A DNA stretch of 50,798 nt from an uncultured archaeon (lineage in GTDB: Archaea > Thermoplasmatota > Poseidoniia > MGIII > CG-Epi1): positions 1-50,798 of the forward strand of contig CAZWJS010000002.1 of assembly GCA_964634895.1 (NCBI GenBank), in the 5' to 3' direction. Under the pieces are notes generated by a model that had not been told where the DNA came from, searched no databases, and saw nothing but the letters and a program-made list of their open reading frames with translations. The position numbers and the translations under genes are program-made. This document shows, in pieces, positions 42,501-50,798 of this stretch. Position 1 is the stretch's first letter. Each line of letters opens with the position of its first letter.

Positions 42501-43179
42501 AACCAATGAAATGAATAACTATTTAATAATTAATGAACAAGCTTATCGAAATTTAGTAGGAGATCAAGAGGTAAATAATCTAAGGGCAACAACTTGGATT
42601 GTGGACATAGATGGATTGAATAACGATGAACTGCAAGTATTAGCTCTATTGATAGCTGCAGATTCTAGATTTGAGGGGGCCGATGACTGGGAGACTTCAC
42701 ATGAAAATGTTGAGAGAAATGGAGGAATTATCTTTGGTACTCAGGGGCTTTTTACACTACAATACATTGTAGCAAGTGCTGCTGCAATTGCATCCGCGTT
42801 TGTTTTCTTATCACTTGTACTCAATCAAAAGAAGAAAGAATTAGCTATTTTACAAGCAATTGGAGCAAGTCCTAATCAAATAATTAGACTAGTACTTTTT
42901 GAAATATTATCAATAGTTTTCTTTTCAATGGTTTTAGGAATAATCTTGGGAATGGGATTATCACTTGCTTTCAATGGATTTTTCAACATATTTGGTTTCT
43001 TGTTCCAGCTATTTTCAGGAACCGGAGAGGAAGCTGTAATTAGCAGGATACTACAATGGCCTTGGTGGGTCATCACACAAGTTACCTTAGGAGTTATGAC
43101 AGTTGTTGTCATAGCTTTGATATTGACCACTAGGAGAGCCTTACAAGCCGATTTAGCTGTAGTGCTTAAAGGAGAATAA
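39577..43179 (+). CDS. Fused double FtsX/MacB-type ABC permease (about 10 TM) with two large outside domains, the second holding pentapeptide repeats
   Basis: 1200 aa. Two FtsX-type blocks (RRREISIHRSIGATADKLKGMVLFE... and KKKELAILQAIGASPNQIIRLVLFE...), each preceded by a TM helix and a domain of 300-390 aa. Pentapeptide run at about 42040-42330. Confidence 0.8.
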   Translation: MSSLEVSWASWIFSPYVWKKRLLDLPDNLRIAALTSWRDKERGLAVFAGVFLASLVITLVLIYGVGLSQAFLEESINQTVFDSKIEFKSAPEQGATGWTNDTTVLQQMCDEVVLRDEFNDCTLVLGKSGLHSEISWGNDAAFYASPLFMDSIESSNVERKWDTEDLWDYEYTTGPPVVNIRAISFLGPEAFDGVLAERLSENIIYEMGEWKTHEEVNSQRGIYIPLDIASATGAEVGDNLDSLTFTYTYERSLPGAMEEEDCPGEIIQGEEYRLMYCQVKIKLENVTILGIYEPWPQGNPVLAANPIYTTWTLLSDEQQITLIDKDHVYLGITVDRSLLPTSSISAAENWLDATSNDMQKQTYDNGNVKIFYVDIISGTILWLEFVLGFVQVFDYILMIPVVILSLYLLIYGLELSLEQRRREISIHRSIGATADKLKGMVLFELFVISSVAWVGGYVLAFFSVPIILSSVGFMQFESLDVDINPILSFGSTLFTILATLGLALLFGRSRTKTFLEMEIDEGVKKTAQAGKPKTWLHVIMLFIGTLGAIDTYQELTTGGSGIISNWFLGGLINIFGPFMLWIGGALLLSRLGAYGPKIMLFFFKKTPLLSDVKRGLQNTGSSESTTRLSLIMLLTLSIVTLAAVQGYTGSLVDERTADLQVGSDIKIYSTEPMTSGEIEEAVVNLSSEDITVNALTVPLISLESEDGTDANAYVLMNGSENILKWFPQAIPGKDISEAITAYENGGFSAGPDMAFSLDLEGSGRFGDSADQLYNEGDKESEVMNFTWEKTDIILRNIDPNSSIDPAEALEEYIGLMDRNWSNLDLSDQDLTNRNFTRTDFSNTNLSGANLANVNLSESLFFNVDLRGANLTGANLTNAIFGISPQNIENIDLTNAILTGAFEYGVVNLSNLKLDGAICPDGTAQNETNNCISGFSEEPTPLLAPVFFPASFDIQITPYQTSIRYIGVHEFIPGVATNEMNNYLIINEQAYRNLVGDQEVNNLRATTWIVDIDGLNNDELQVLALLIAADSRFEGADDWETSHENVERNGGIIFGTQGLFTLQYIVASAAAIASAFVFLSLVLNQKKKELAILQAIGASPNQIIRLVLFEILSIVFFSMVLGIILGMGLSLAFNGFFNIFGFLFQLFSGTGEEAVISRILQWPWWVITQVTLGVMTVVVIALILTTRRALQADLAVVLKGE

Positions 43180-43180
43180 A

Positions 43181-44272
43181 ATGGCTGAAGAATTATTCGA
43201 GCACACCACCGGTCAAGGGAAAGAAGAAAATGATTCCAACGACGAAATTGAGGCTTTAAAATTTTCAGAAAAAATGATTGATGATAAAATAGACAAAGAT
43301 GCAATTCTTCAAGCTATAGCATTGTATCACGTTTATTCCTCTACTGCTGAGGATGGAAATGTTGTAGCCTTAAGAGGATTAAATGTATCTATCAAAAATG
43401 GAGAAGCTGTCGCCATCGTAGGGCCGTCAGGTTCTGGAAAATCTACTTTGCTAAAATGCTTAGGAGTTCTGATGAAACCATCTGCTGGAGGAGTCATTCT
43501 CAATGGAATCTCTACGACCCGAAGAACTGGTGTTGAATTAGTCAAAATGCGCCAAGATACTGTCTCATTTATTTTTCAAGAGGGCAATCTTCTTCCAGAT
43601 TTGAGTGCTATCGACAATGTTGCTCAAGCTTTACGGCATAAAGACGTAAGACCCACAGAAGCGAAGAAGAAAGCTAGAGAAATTTTAGTTGAACTCGGTT
43701 TAGAGGAGCGTATCAATGGTATGCCTGCAACGCTTTCTGGAGGTGAACAACAACGAGTTGCAATTGCACGAGCTTTAGTTACTAATCCTAAGTTGATTTT
43801 AGCCGACGAACCTACTGGAGCCCTTGACCCCATTACCAGTAGAGAAGTTTTAGAATTATTTGGAAAACTGCATAAGGATAAAGGCGTTGCATTCTTAATC
43901 GTAACACATAGTGATGAAGTTGCTGCATTCTGTGACCGCAGCCTTGAATTACGTGATGGAAGATTTGTAGCTGAGCATGGAACTAATCTCGATGTTGATG
44001 ACTTAGAAGGAACAAGAGAATTAATTGTAGATGAACTGGGGACAGTTTCTTTCCCACCTGAAGTATTAATGAAAATGGGAGGTTCCGGAAGATATGAAAT
44101 TGCTAAGAATAAAAAGGGAGAAATTACTTTAGTAACTGCTGAAAAGAACAAATCTTTGATAAAAGGGAAGAAAAAATTAGCTGATATTTGCCCTGCTTGT
44201 AAGTACAAATACGAAGATGATAGTCAATTGTGTCCAGAATGTGGTTCAAGTCGACCTATGATTAAATCATAA
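43181..44272 (+). CDS. ABC transporter ATP-binding protein with an acidic N-terminal extension and a C-terminal AbrB-like plus zinc-ribbon extension
   Basis: 363 aa. GPSGSGKSTLLK, LSGGEQQRVAIARA and ILADEPTGALD. C-terminal extension from about 43981. CPAC-x12-CPEC at 44189-44242. Confidence 0.85.
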   Translation: MAEELFEHTTGQGKEENDSNDEIEALKFSEKMIDDKIDKDAILQAIALYHVYSSTAEDGNVVALRGLNVSIKNGEAVAIVGPSGSGKSTLLKCLGVLMKPSAGGVILNGISTTRRTGVELVKMRQDTVSFIFQEGNLLPDLSAIDNVAQALRHKDVRPTEAKKKAREILVELGLEERINGMPATLSGGEQQRVAIARALVTNPKLILADEPTGALDPITSREVLELFGKLHKDKGVAFLIVTHSDEVAAFCDRSLELRDGRFVAEHGTNLDVDDLEGTRELIVDELGTVSFPPEVLMKMGGSGRYEIAKNKKGEITLVTAEKNKSLIKGKKKLADICPACKYKYEDDSQLCPECGSSRPMIKS

Positions 44273-44825
44273 GTTTTATTCTAGGAGATTCTTGATTAAT
44301 TTCAACAATCACATCATCCATTATGGGCTCTATATATTTACCATATGATTCTATAAAAGAAGGAATATCTAAACCCATAAAACTATCAACACCTACCTGA
44401 GAAAGAAGCTTAAGACCTGATTCTGAAAGTGTCCTAGCACCAATTAAATCCTGAATTTGATATGCTGCCATTCTCACTTTTAGAAAAGCAGCCCCGCATT
44501 TTATTAAACCTTGAAGAAAGCGATGCTCACTACTATTCCTAACTGATGAAATCCATAAGCCTTCCCAAGCCTCGTGGGCTTCCCAATAATAATGATAATT
44601 AAAGAGATCCACCCCGTATAGATAATCCTTATTTTTCTTCCATTCGTTTGAATACCATTTATCTATCTTTTCCTCCTCCACTCCAAAACTATGGCCCTCT
44701 GGACTTTTGACTGGATGTGGATGTAAACCAGGAATATATCTGTATATCGGGAAATCTTTGGAAGAATATCTCACTTCACCTATATTAAGTGCAGTTTCAG
44801 AATCAGCCAAAGGATAAACAACCAT
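44262..44825 (-). CDS. DUF309-domain protein
   Basis: 187 aa. DLFNYHYYWEAHEAWEGLW...FLQGLIKCGAAFLKV fits the DUF309 pattern. The start overlaps the sufS-like stop by 1 nt. Confidence 0.65.
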   Translation of the reverse strand: MVVYPLADSETALNIGEVRYSSKDFPIYRYIPGLHPHPVKSPEGHSFGVEEEKIDKWYSNEWKKNKDYLYGVDLFNYHYYWEAHEAWEGLWISSVRNSSEHRFLQGLIKCGAAFLKVRMAAYQIQDLIGARTLSESGLKLLSQVGVDSFMGLDIPSFIESYGKYIEPIMDDVIVEINQESPRIKLMI

Positions 44826-46027
44826 TAACTGTTTGTTACAGTATCTTCTATTGCAGCCACAAATTTTTTGATATCTGATTCGTTGTTGTATAGATAAGCA
44901 CTGGCCCTTGCAGTACCTTCTATACCTCTAGAGTTAAACCATGAATGAACACAATGCATACCACTCCTAATGGCAATATTGTATTTGTCATCTAAATGCA
45001 TTGCAATTTCTGTTGGATCCAATCCTTCAATATTAAAAGATAAAATGCCTCCCCTTTGAGATACATCCTCAGGACCAACTATAGATAAACCATCTAAATC
45101 TTTCAACTTATTAGTCATTAAAGTGTTCAATTTATTCTCATGTTCCTGAATATTATCCCGCCCAATTCCCATTACATATTCTGCAGCTACACCAGCACCA
45201 ATAGCTCCTGCATAATCTTGCAGACCTGGCTCAAAACATGAAGGTGGAGGCAATAACTTGTAATCCTCATAGGATGAATTAACGACTGTAGAACCTCCAA
45301 CAAAAGTTGGTACCAATTTTTCTAATTCAGCATACTTCCCATACAATGCACCCATACCACTTGGTCCACAAAATTTATGGGCACTAACTGCGGCAAAGTC
45401 AACGCCCAAATCAGTCACATTTACTTCTTTATGAGGGGCTGATTGAGCTGCATCCATCATTACTTTTACATCTTTGTCATGACAAATCTCAATAATATCC
45501 TTAGCTGGATTTGAATGACCATCTAAATTAGAAGTATGAACAAAACTCACTAACTTTGTATCCTTAGTAATATTCTCTTTGAGTACCTCCAGATCAAAAA
45601 AATAATTATTTTTAGCTGGAAGCACTTCGTATTTTATTCCTTTGTATTTAGCTAAATGATGCCAAGGAACAACATTTGCATTATGCTCTTTATCTGACGT
45701 AAGAACTTTATCTCCTTTTCGAAGATTAAGACCATTGGCCACAATATTCATTCCTTCAGTAGCATTTTTGGTAAATACTATTTCGTTAGGCTTTTCGGCT
45801 CCCATAAAACGTCGAATTTGATCTCTAGCAATTTCAAAATTTTCAGTAACTTTCCAACTTAATTTATGGACTGAACGACCTCCGCAAGCTGGATAATTAG
45901 TATAATAATCTATTAGTGCATCGATAACAGCCTGAGGTCTGAGTGTCATACATGCACTATCTAAATAGGTAGGACTATCATCTGAATTTAAGATTGGAAA
46001 ATCCTTCCTATATTTTGAAATATCCAT
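44825..46027 (-). CDS. sufS: Cysteine desulfurase, class V aminotransferase (SufS/CsdA-like)
   Basis: 400 aa. PLP-lysine context SAHKFCGPSGMGALYG and active-site Cys context RSGMHCVH. Confidence 0.88.
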   Translation of the reverse strand: MDISKYRKDFPILNSDDSPTYLDSACMTLRPQAVIDALIDYYTNYPACGGRSVHKLSWKVTENFEIARDQIRRFMGAEKPNEIVFTKNATEGMNIVANGLNLRKGDKVLTSDKEHNANVVPWHHLAKYKGIKYEVLPAKNNYFFDLEVLKENITKDTKLVSFVHTSNLDGHSNPAKDIIEICHDKDVKVMMDAAQSAPHKEVNVTDLGVDFAAVSAHKFCGPSGMGALYGKYAELEKLVPTFVGGSTVVNSSYEDYKLLPPPSCFEPGLQDYAGAIGAGVAAEYVMGIGRDNIQEHENKLNTLMTNKLKDLDGLSIVGPEDVSQRGGILSFNIEGLDPTEIAMHLDDKYNIAIRSGMHCVHSWFNSRGIEGTARASAYLYNNESDIKKFVAAIEDTVTNS

Positions 46028-46112
46028 AATAATCTGATATCGGGATAATGATGCTAATTTAAAGATATTCGGAAAGAAGAAGATTTCTTAAAGGGGTCGC
46101 AATGAAACAAAT

Positions 46113-46985
46113 ATGGCATGTATCGATAATTTTCCAAATAAATTAGAAGTAAACTATGATTGTGCAGCAGAATTAGTGAACTTAGGACCGGTTGCTGCAT
46201 TACTTACTTTTCTAATTGGTATTCCTTTTGTAAAACTTGTCTTAAGATACTTAAAACGAATATTTGATAAGTACGACTATATCGATCAAGGAATTGAGAA
46301 TTTTCTTTACAGAGTAGTGAGTGTAGCCCTGTGGGCAGTTATTATTTTAACTGCTGCAAATGAATTGGGAATAAATGTTACAGGAATTGTAGCTGCACTT
46401 GGTATTGTTGGATTAGCTATGGCCTTTGCTGCGCAGGATACTATAGAGAATATCATTGCAGGTATCTTCTTGATGGTGGATAGGCCATTTAGAGAAGGTG
46501 ACAGGATACTACTGCCAAAAAAGATTGGAAGTCTATACTCAAGTTGGGGAGATGTAACGGAAATAGGTCTCAGAACTACAAGAGTACGCTCTACAGATGG
46601 AGTACTTCTAACAATACCAAACAAATTGTTGACAAAAGATACTATTGCTAATTTTAACCATAGTGAAGATAGAAACCTAAGAGTTAGAATTAGACTAGGT
46701 TTAGTTCCAACGTGGGATAATGTAACCCGTGGCGAAAAAATTGTAGAGGATATAGCAAAAAACCACAAAGATATTTGCCAAGATAAACCAAAACCTCCAC
46801 AAATAGTTTTGAGAGATTTTGGAGATCAAGAAGTAATTATGGAAGTTAGGTACTATGTTCCTAATGCTCCATTAATGCGTTCCACAAAATCTTACTACGT
46901 TAAAGAAATCCTTAAACAATTCGAAGAACAAGATGTCAAATTAGCATACCCAACTAGATTGATAATGAAAGAAGACATAGAATAG
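46113..46985 (+). CDS. Small-conductance mechanosensitive channel (MscS family)
   Basis: 290 aa. Pore-helix/beta-domain junction AFAAQDTIENIIAGIFLMVDRPFREGDRI. Confidence 0.85.
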   Translation: MACIDNFPNKLEVNYDCAAELVNLGPVAALLTFLIGIPFVKLVLRYLKRIFDKYDYIDQGIENFLYRVVSVALWAVIILTAANELGINVTGIVAALGIVGLAMAFAAQDTIENIIAGIFLMVDRPFREGDRILLPKKIGSLYSSWGDVTEIGLRTTRVRSTDGVLLTIPNKLLTKDTIANFNHSEDRNLRVRIRLGLVPTWDNVTRGEKIVEDIAKNHKDICQDKPKPPQIVLRDFGDQEVIMEVRYYVPNAPLMRSTKSYYVKEILKQFEEQDVKLAYPTRLIMKEDIE

Positions 46986-47030
46986 TTAAACATAATAAAG
47001 GCCTATATTCTACCAGCCACAGGAGAAAAT

Positions 47031-47654
47031 ATGCCATTTGACGTACCAAACCTGCCTTACGACTACACCGCTTTAGAACCATATATTGATGAAGAAACAA
47101 TGCGTTTCCATCACGATAAACATCACGCCGCATATGTCAATATGCTAAATAGTGCAGTGGAAGCAGCTGGAAGTTTAGGTGGAAAATCCGTAGAGGAACT
47201 AATCACAAATCTAGATGCAGTACCAGAAGAACAAAGAGGTGCTGTGAGAAACCATGGCGGAGGACATTTCAACCATTCTATGTTCTGGGAAACTATGGGT
47301 CCTGTAAACGGAGAAATGAGTCCAGAATTAAACTCTGCACTTCTGGATGCTTTTGGTAGTCTAGATGATTTTAAAGCTGAATTTCATAAGGCCGGAATGA
47401 CAAGATTTGGTTCAGGTTGGGCTTGGCTTTGCTCCAAAAATGGGAAATTATCTGTTTGCTCAACTGCAAATCAAGACAACCCCTTGATGGGCGAAAAATA
47501 TGGTGGATGTGATAGAATACCAATTTTGGGTTGTGACGTATGGGAACATGCATACTATCTTAATTATCAAAACCTAAGGGGAGACTACATCACAGCATTC
47601 TTCAATGTAGTAAACTGGGCTGAAGTATCAAAACGTTACTCTGATACACTTTGA
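47031..47654 (+). CDS. sod: Fe/Mn superoxide dismutase
   Basis: 207 aa. [25 protein letters not shown] and DVWEHAYYL. Confidence 0.95.
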   Translation: MPFDVPNLPYDYTALEPYIDEETMRFHHDKHHAAYVNMLNSAVEAAGSLGGKSVEELITNLDAVPEEQRGAVRNHGGGHFNHSMFWETMGPVNGEMSPELNSALLDAFGSLDDFKAEFHKAGMTRFGSGWAWLCSKNGKLSVCSTANQDNPLMGEKYGGCDRIPILGCDVWEHAYYLNYQNLRGDYITAFFNVVNWAEVSKRYSDTL

Positions 47655-48553
47655 TTACCTAATTCAGCCACTAAATTACCAATTAACAGTAGACTACCTC
47701 CAAATACTAACCAGAAAGTAAAATCTGCCATATCAAGGTAGATAGCAAATATAGTGGCCCAAACTGGTTCTAAAGCATAAAGTATTGCCGCCCTCACTGG
47801 ATCAATATATTTTTGATAACTATTGACCATTAGTAATGCTGCAAAAGTACCGAATAGTGATGATAGGATTAATGGCATAACAAAATCAATATCTCTCAAT
47901 AGTCCAACAATATCCACTTCACCAAACTCAAAAAATAATAAGAAATTCAACAGAATTAAGCACATAAGTGTAGAGAGAACTATAGAAGTAAATGATAACC
48001 CCAATGGTGATGCTCTCTTAGTAGAAATATCTGTAAATATTATATGACCAGCAAACATCAATGCACACAATATTGTTAGCCACTCTGAAATATCATAATG
48101 TAATTGTGGAGGGCCCTGGATATAACCTGCTCCCAATGTTGCTAAAAACACGCCTAATATCAAACTACGACTCTGTAATCTGCCTGCAAACCAGGCCAAT
48201 ATCAATGCTGTAAATAATACATATAAACTGGTTAAAAATGCAGATACGGCAGGAGAGATTCCTTCTAAACCAATCATTTGAAATAAAAAACCTCCTACAA
48301 TAAATAACGAGAGAATGAAACCATCATTCCAGACTCTTTTCCCATTTAATTCTTTAATAACTGAAGGAGTAAAGAGAAAAAATAATATTATTGCCAAACC
48401 AAACCTAAGTGTCACAAAAAGAGTAGCTACTGTATTAATTTGATCATCTTTGGCGTAAGCTTCTGCTGCATTAAGAGCATTCTTCAGCCAGACAAAAGTC
48501 CAACCCCATATAATAGTCACAAGAAAAAGGACGATTGTTGCTTTCTGTTTCAC
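47636..48553 (-). CDS. EamA/DMT-family transporter
   Basis: 305 aa, about 10 TM, with a two-fold internal repeat layout typical of EamA. Confidence 0.7.
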   Translation of the reverse strand: MKQKATIVLFLVTIIWGWTFVWLKNALNAAEAYAKDDQINTVATLFVTLRFGLAIILFFLFTPSVIKELNGKRVWNDGFILSLFIVGGFLFQMIGLEGISPAVSAFLTSLYVLFTALILAWFAGRLQSRSLILGVFLATLGAGYIQGPPQLHYDISEWLTILCALMFAGHIIFTDISTKRASPLGLSFTSIVLSTLMCLILLNFLLFFEFGEVDIVGLLRDIDFVMPLILSSLFGTFAALLMVNSYQKYIDPVRAAILYALEPVWATIFAIYLDMADFTFWLVFGGSLLLIGNLVAELGNQSVSE

Positions 48554-49890
48554 ACTATGCCCTGACTCATCATGGCATTAGCAACTTTCAAAAATGCAGC
48601 AATATTTGCTCCAACAACAAGATTTCCTTCAGAACCATACTCTTCGGCTGCTTCTGAACATTGCTTGTGAATACCGGTCATTATTTGGCCTAACTTCGAA
48701 TCAACCTCTTTGGTTGTCCACTCTTCAAATGCTGCATTTTGTGACATTTCTAATGCTGATACTGCAACTCCTCCGGCGTTAGCGGCCTTAGCAGGACCAA
48801 ACAAAATTCCTGCCTTACTAAGTATTTCATAGGCTTCTGGTGAAGTTGGCATATTTGCACCCTCTGAAATGGCAATACAACCATTCTTGACCAAATCTGT
48901 TGCACCCTTCTTCTCTATTTCATTTTGTGTAGCACTTGGTAGAGCAATATCGCATTTTTCACCCCAAGGCCTCTTCCCTTCATGATATTTTGCTCCAGAA
49001 AATTTCGAAACGTAGTCTTTGATTCTTCCACGCTTATTATTCTTTAAATTCATTATCCAAGCCAATTTTTCTTCATCAATTCCATCTTTATCAAAAATAT
49101 AACCACCGGAATCAGACATTGTAATAACCTTGCCACCACAACTCAAAACCTTTTGAGCACAGAATTGCGCAACATTACCGCTACCTGATATTGCACACAA
49201 CTTACCTTCTATACTATCACTCTTAGAAGCAAGCATTTCTCGGAGGAAGTAAACTTGACCGTAACCTGTAGCTTCTGGTCTTATCAAAGAACCTCCCCAA
49301 CCATAACCTTTACCAGTCAAAACACCTTCCCATTTCCGTGTCAACCTTTTGTATTGTCCAAAGAGATATCCTATCTCTCTACCGCCAACACCAATATCTC
49401 CTGCTGGAACATCAATATTAGCTCCAATATGTCTGAATAGTTCTGTCATAAATGATTGACAGAATCTCATGACTTCCATATCTGATTTGTCCTTAGGATC
49501 AAAATCACTCCCGCCTTTTCCCCCACCTATTGGTCTAGTAGTCAAAGCATTCTTTAGAATCTGTTCAAAACCCAAAAACTTGATGATTCCCAAATTTACA
49601 CTAGGATGAAAACGTAAACCTCCCTTGTAAGGTCCGATGGCACTATTAAATTCAACGCGCATTCCTCTATTAACTTGTACTTGCCCTTTATCATCAACCC
49701 ATGGAACTCGGAAAGATATAACACGTTCTGGTTCAGTCAACCTCTCTAAAATTCTAGCTTCCTTGAATTCTTTATGTTTATCAAAGACCGGTTCTAAAGT
49801 TTCAAGAACTTCCCAGACAGCCTGATGGAATTCTGGTTGGTCAGGGTCCCTAAGCTTCACTCTATCAAAAGCCTCTTGGACATAGCTCAT
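48550..49890 (-). CDS. gdhA: NADP-specific glutamate dehydrogenase
   Basis: 446 aa. GPYKGGLRFHP and PIGGGKGGSDFDP motifs. Confidence 0.95.
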   Translation of the reverse strand: MSYVQEAFDRVKLRDPDQPEFHQAVWEVLETLEPVFDKHKEFKEARILERLTEPERVISFRVPWVDDKGQVQVNRGMRVEFNSAIGPYKGGLRFHPSVNLGIIKFLGFEQILKNALTTRPIGGGKGGSDFDPKDKSDMEVMRFCQSFMTELFRHIGANIDVPAGDIGVGGREIGYLFGQYKRLTRKWEGVLTGKGYGWGGSLIRPEATGYGQVYFLREMLASKSDSIEGKLCAISGSGNVAQFCAQKVLSCGGKVITMSDSGGYIFDKDGIDEEKLAWIMNLKNNKRGRIKDYVSKFSGAKYHEGKRPWGEKCDIALPSATQNEIEKKGATDLVKNGCIAISEGANMPTSPEAYEILSKAGILFGPAKAANAGGVAVSALEMSQNAAFEEWTTKEVDSKLGQIMTGIHKQCSEAAEEYGSEGNLVVGANIAAFLKVANAMMSQGIV

Positions 49891-49961
49891 AGATACTAAG
49901 TTTTATGGAACAGAGTCTATAAAGATATCTATACTTGCAATAGTGCTATATTATGTAATTA

Positions 49962-50798
49962 TTATTCTCTCGCTAATGACCCCATAGGGTCCCATGGAGG
50001 TAATCCAATAGGTTCCATATTATACAAATCAAGCATTGCCTTCGTAAGATGTTTCTTATGAATTACAACTTCATACATGAACTGATCAAACCAAGGATCT
50101 GTCATTATATCAAAACCCTTTTCACCGTGCTCATCACCCCAACTATTCTCAACTCTCCACTTAATTGGTTTTTTATTTTTAAGATCTACACCTGTAAAAA
50201 GCATAGCATGCGTCATGACACTGTCTCCATAGTCTAATCTTTCAGCTTTATCCATACCAAATGAAGTCCCAAAGAACTTATCAAATTCAAACAAATTAGT
50301 ATCCATTACACCAAATTGCCTTGTAAAAAATTTACCAACATCACAACCAAACCAAACTGGATCATCGGCTTTAATTGATTTAATGGTATATTTTTTTAAT
50401 TCGCTATTTTCCAGATTCAAATATCTTATTATATTACCACCATAAACATTACCCAAATATTCTACCGTGTAAGTCTTATTGTAATTTGTAAATTCTCTTG
50501 GGTCATTTATTAGACAAACAAAATCATTCAAATCAATACTAACATGCTCACCAAAAAAAGATTGTGGAGTTAGATCGGTAAATCTTCGAAATTTGTCCTT
50601 TTTATCTCGTATAGACCAGTCGAATTTATCAGGTGGAGTGCCTAAACTAATACACAGCATTTGGTAAATAGTAGATAACATATCCTCTTTTAATCTAGAA
50701 ATTGAAGATTTAGAAGAAGAACCTTGAACTATTTTAGAGCGTAAATCCTTAGCAAATTCTCTTAATTTACGAGTTATTAATTTATTCATTTGTGCAGA
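49962..50798 (-). CDS. pepC: Aminopeptidase C / bleomycin hydrolase (peptidase C1B); the 5' part lies beyond the window
   Basis: The frame stays open upstream of the listed Met to the window edge. Catalytic His/Asn region HAMLFTGVD...WRVENSWG and the family-typical C-terminus LPPWDPMGSLA. The catalytic Cys region would lie outside the window. Confidence 0.85.
   Translation of the reverse strand, partial: SAQMNKLITRKLREFAKDLRSKIVQGSSSKSSISRLKEDMLSTIYQMLCISLGTPPDKFDWSIRDKKDKFRRFTDLTPQSFFGEHVSIDLNDFVCLINDPREFTNYNKTYTVEYLGNVYGGNIIRYLNLENSELKKYTIKSIKADDPVWFGCDVGKFFTRQFGVMDTNLFEFDKFFGTSFGMDKAERLDYGDSVMTHAMLFTGVDLKNKKPIKWRVENSWGDEHGEKGFDIMTDPWFDQFMYEVVIHKKHLTKAMLDLYNMEPIGLPPWDPMGSLARE

Noticed and set aside
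42876-43304. 142-aa minus-strand ORF spanning the permease/ATPase junction
   Set aside because: It is antisense to two well-supported genes and shows no motifs.
43624-44208. 194-aa minus-strand ORF
   Set aside because: It lies entirely antisense to the second ABC ATPase, whose Walker A, signature and Walker B motifs are unambiguous. The product is Ser/Pro-rich with no motifs. It is a shadow ORF.
46307-46768. 153-aa minus-strand ORF
   Set aside because: It is antisense to the MscS-family gene, which has a clear family motif. It is a shadow ORF.
49962-50789. Apparent truncated pepC (275 aa, lacking the catalytic Cys region), considered as a pseudogene
   Set aside because: The frame stays open beyond the listed Met to the window edge (50798). 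The gene simply continues outside the window.

Overview
AT-rich, very compact (about 95% coding) segment of an archaeal chromosome. Archaeal hallmarks are SRP54, ribosomal protein L15e, a GINS subunit, tRNA-splicing endonuclease EndA, type II (archaeal) GAPDH, and an intron-containing tRNA-Trp whose intron looks like a box C/D guide RNA. The gene content (Fe/Mn SOD, PepC, GdhA, huge anchored surface proteins, tandem-duplicated EndA) suggests a planktonic aerobic Thermoplasmatota (MG-II/III-like) archaeon; this is inference only. Most genes are housekeeping: purB, purD, pyrE, rpe, panE, gap, nnr, sufS, sod, gdhA, alaX. About 30% of the window encodes four large signal-peptide, C-terminally anchored surface proteins (BNR/Asp-box propellers, parallel beta-helix, CARDB/Ig-like, thioredoxin-like). 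The best candidate for an undescribed system is a translationally coupled pair at 31724-36614 (minus strand). It consists of a McrB-family AAA+/GTPase whose usual N-terminal DNA reader is replaced by a zinc ribbon plus about 10 TM helices, followed by a McrC/PD-(D/E)xK-like partner with a long acidic tail. A second unusual locus is 38837-44272: an ATPase, a 1200-aa double-FtsX permease with a pentapeptide-repeat module in an outside loop, and a second ATPase with an AbrB-like plus zinc-ribbon tail. All calls rest on motif recognition by eye. No database search was run.
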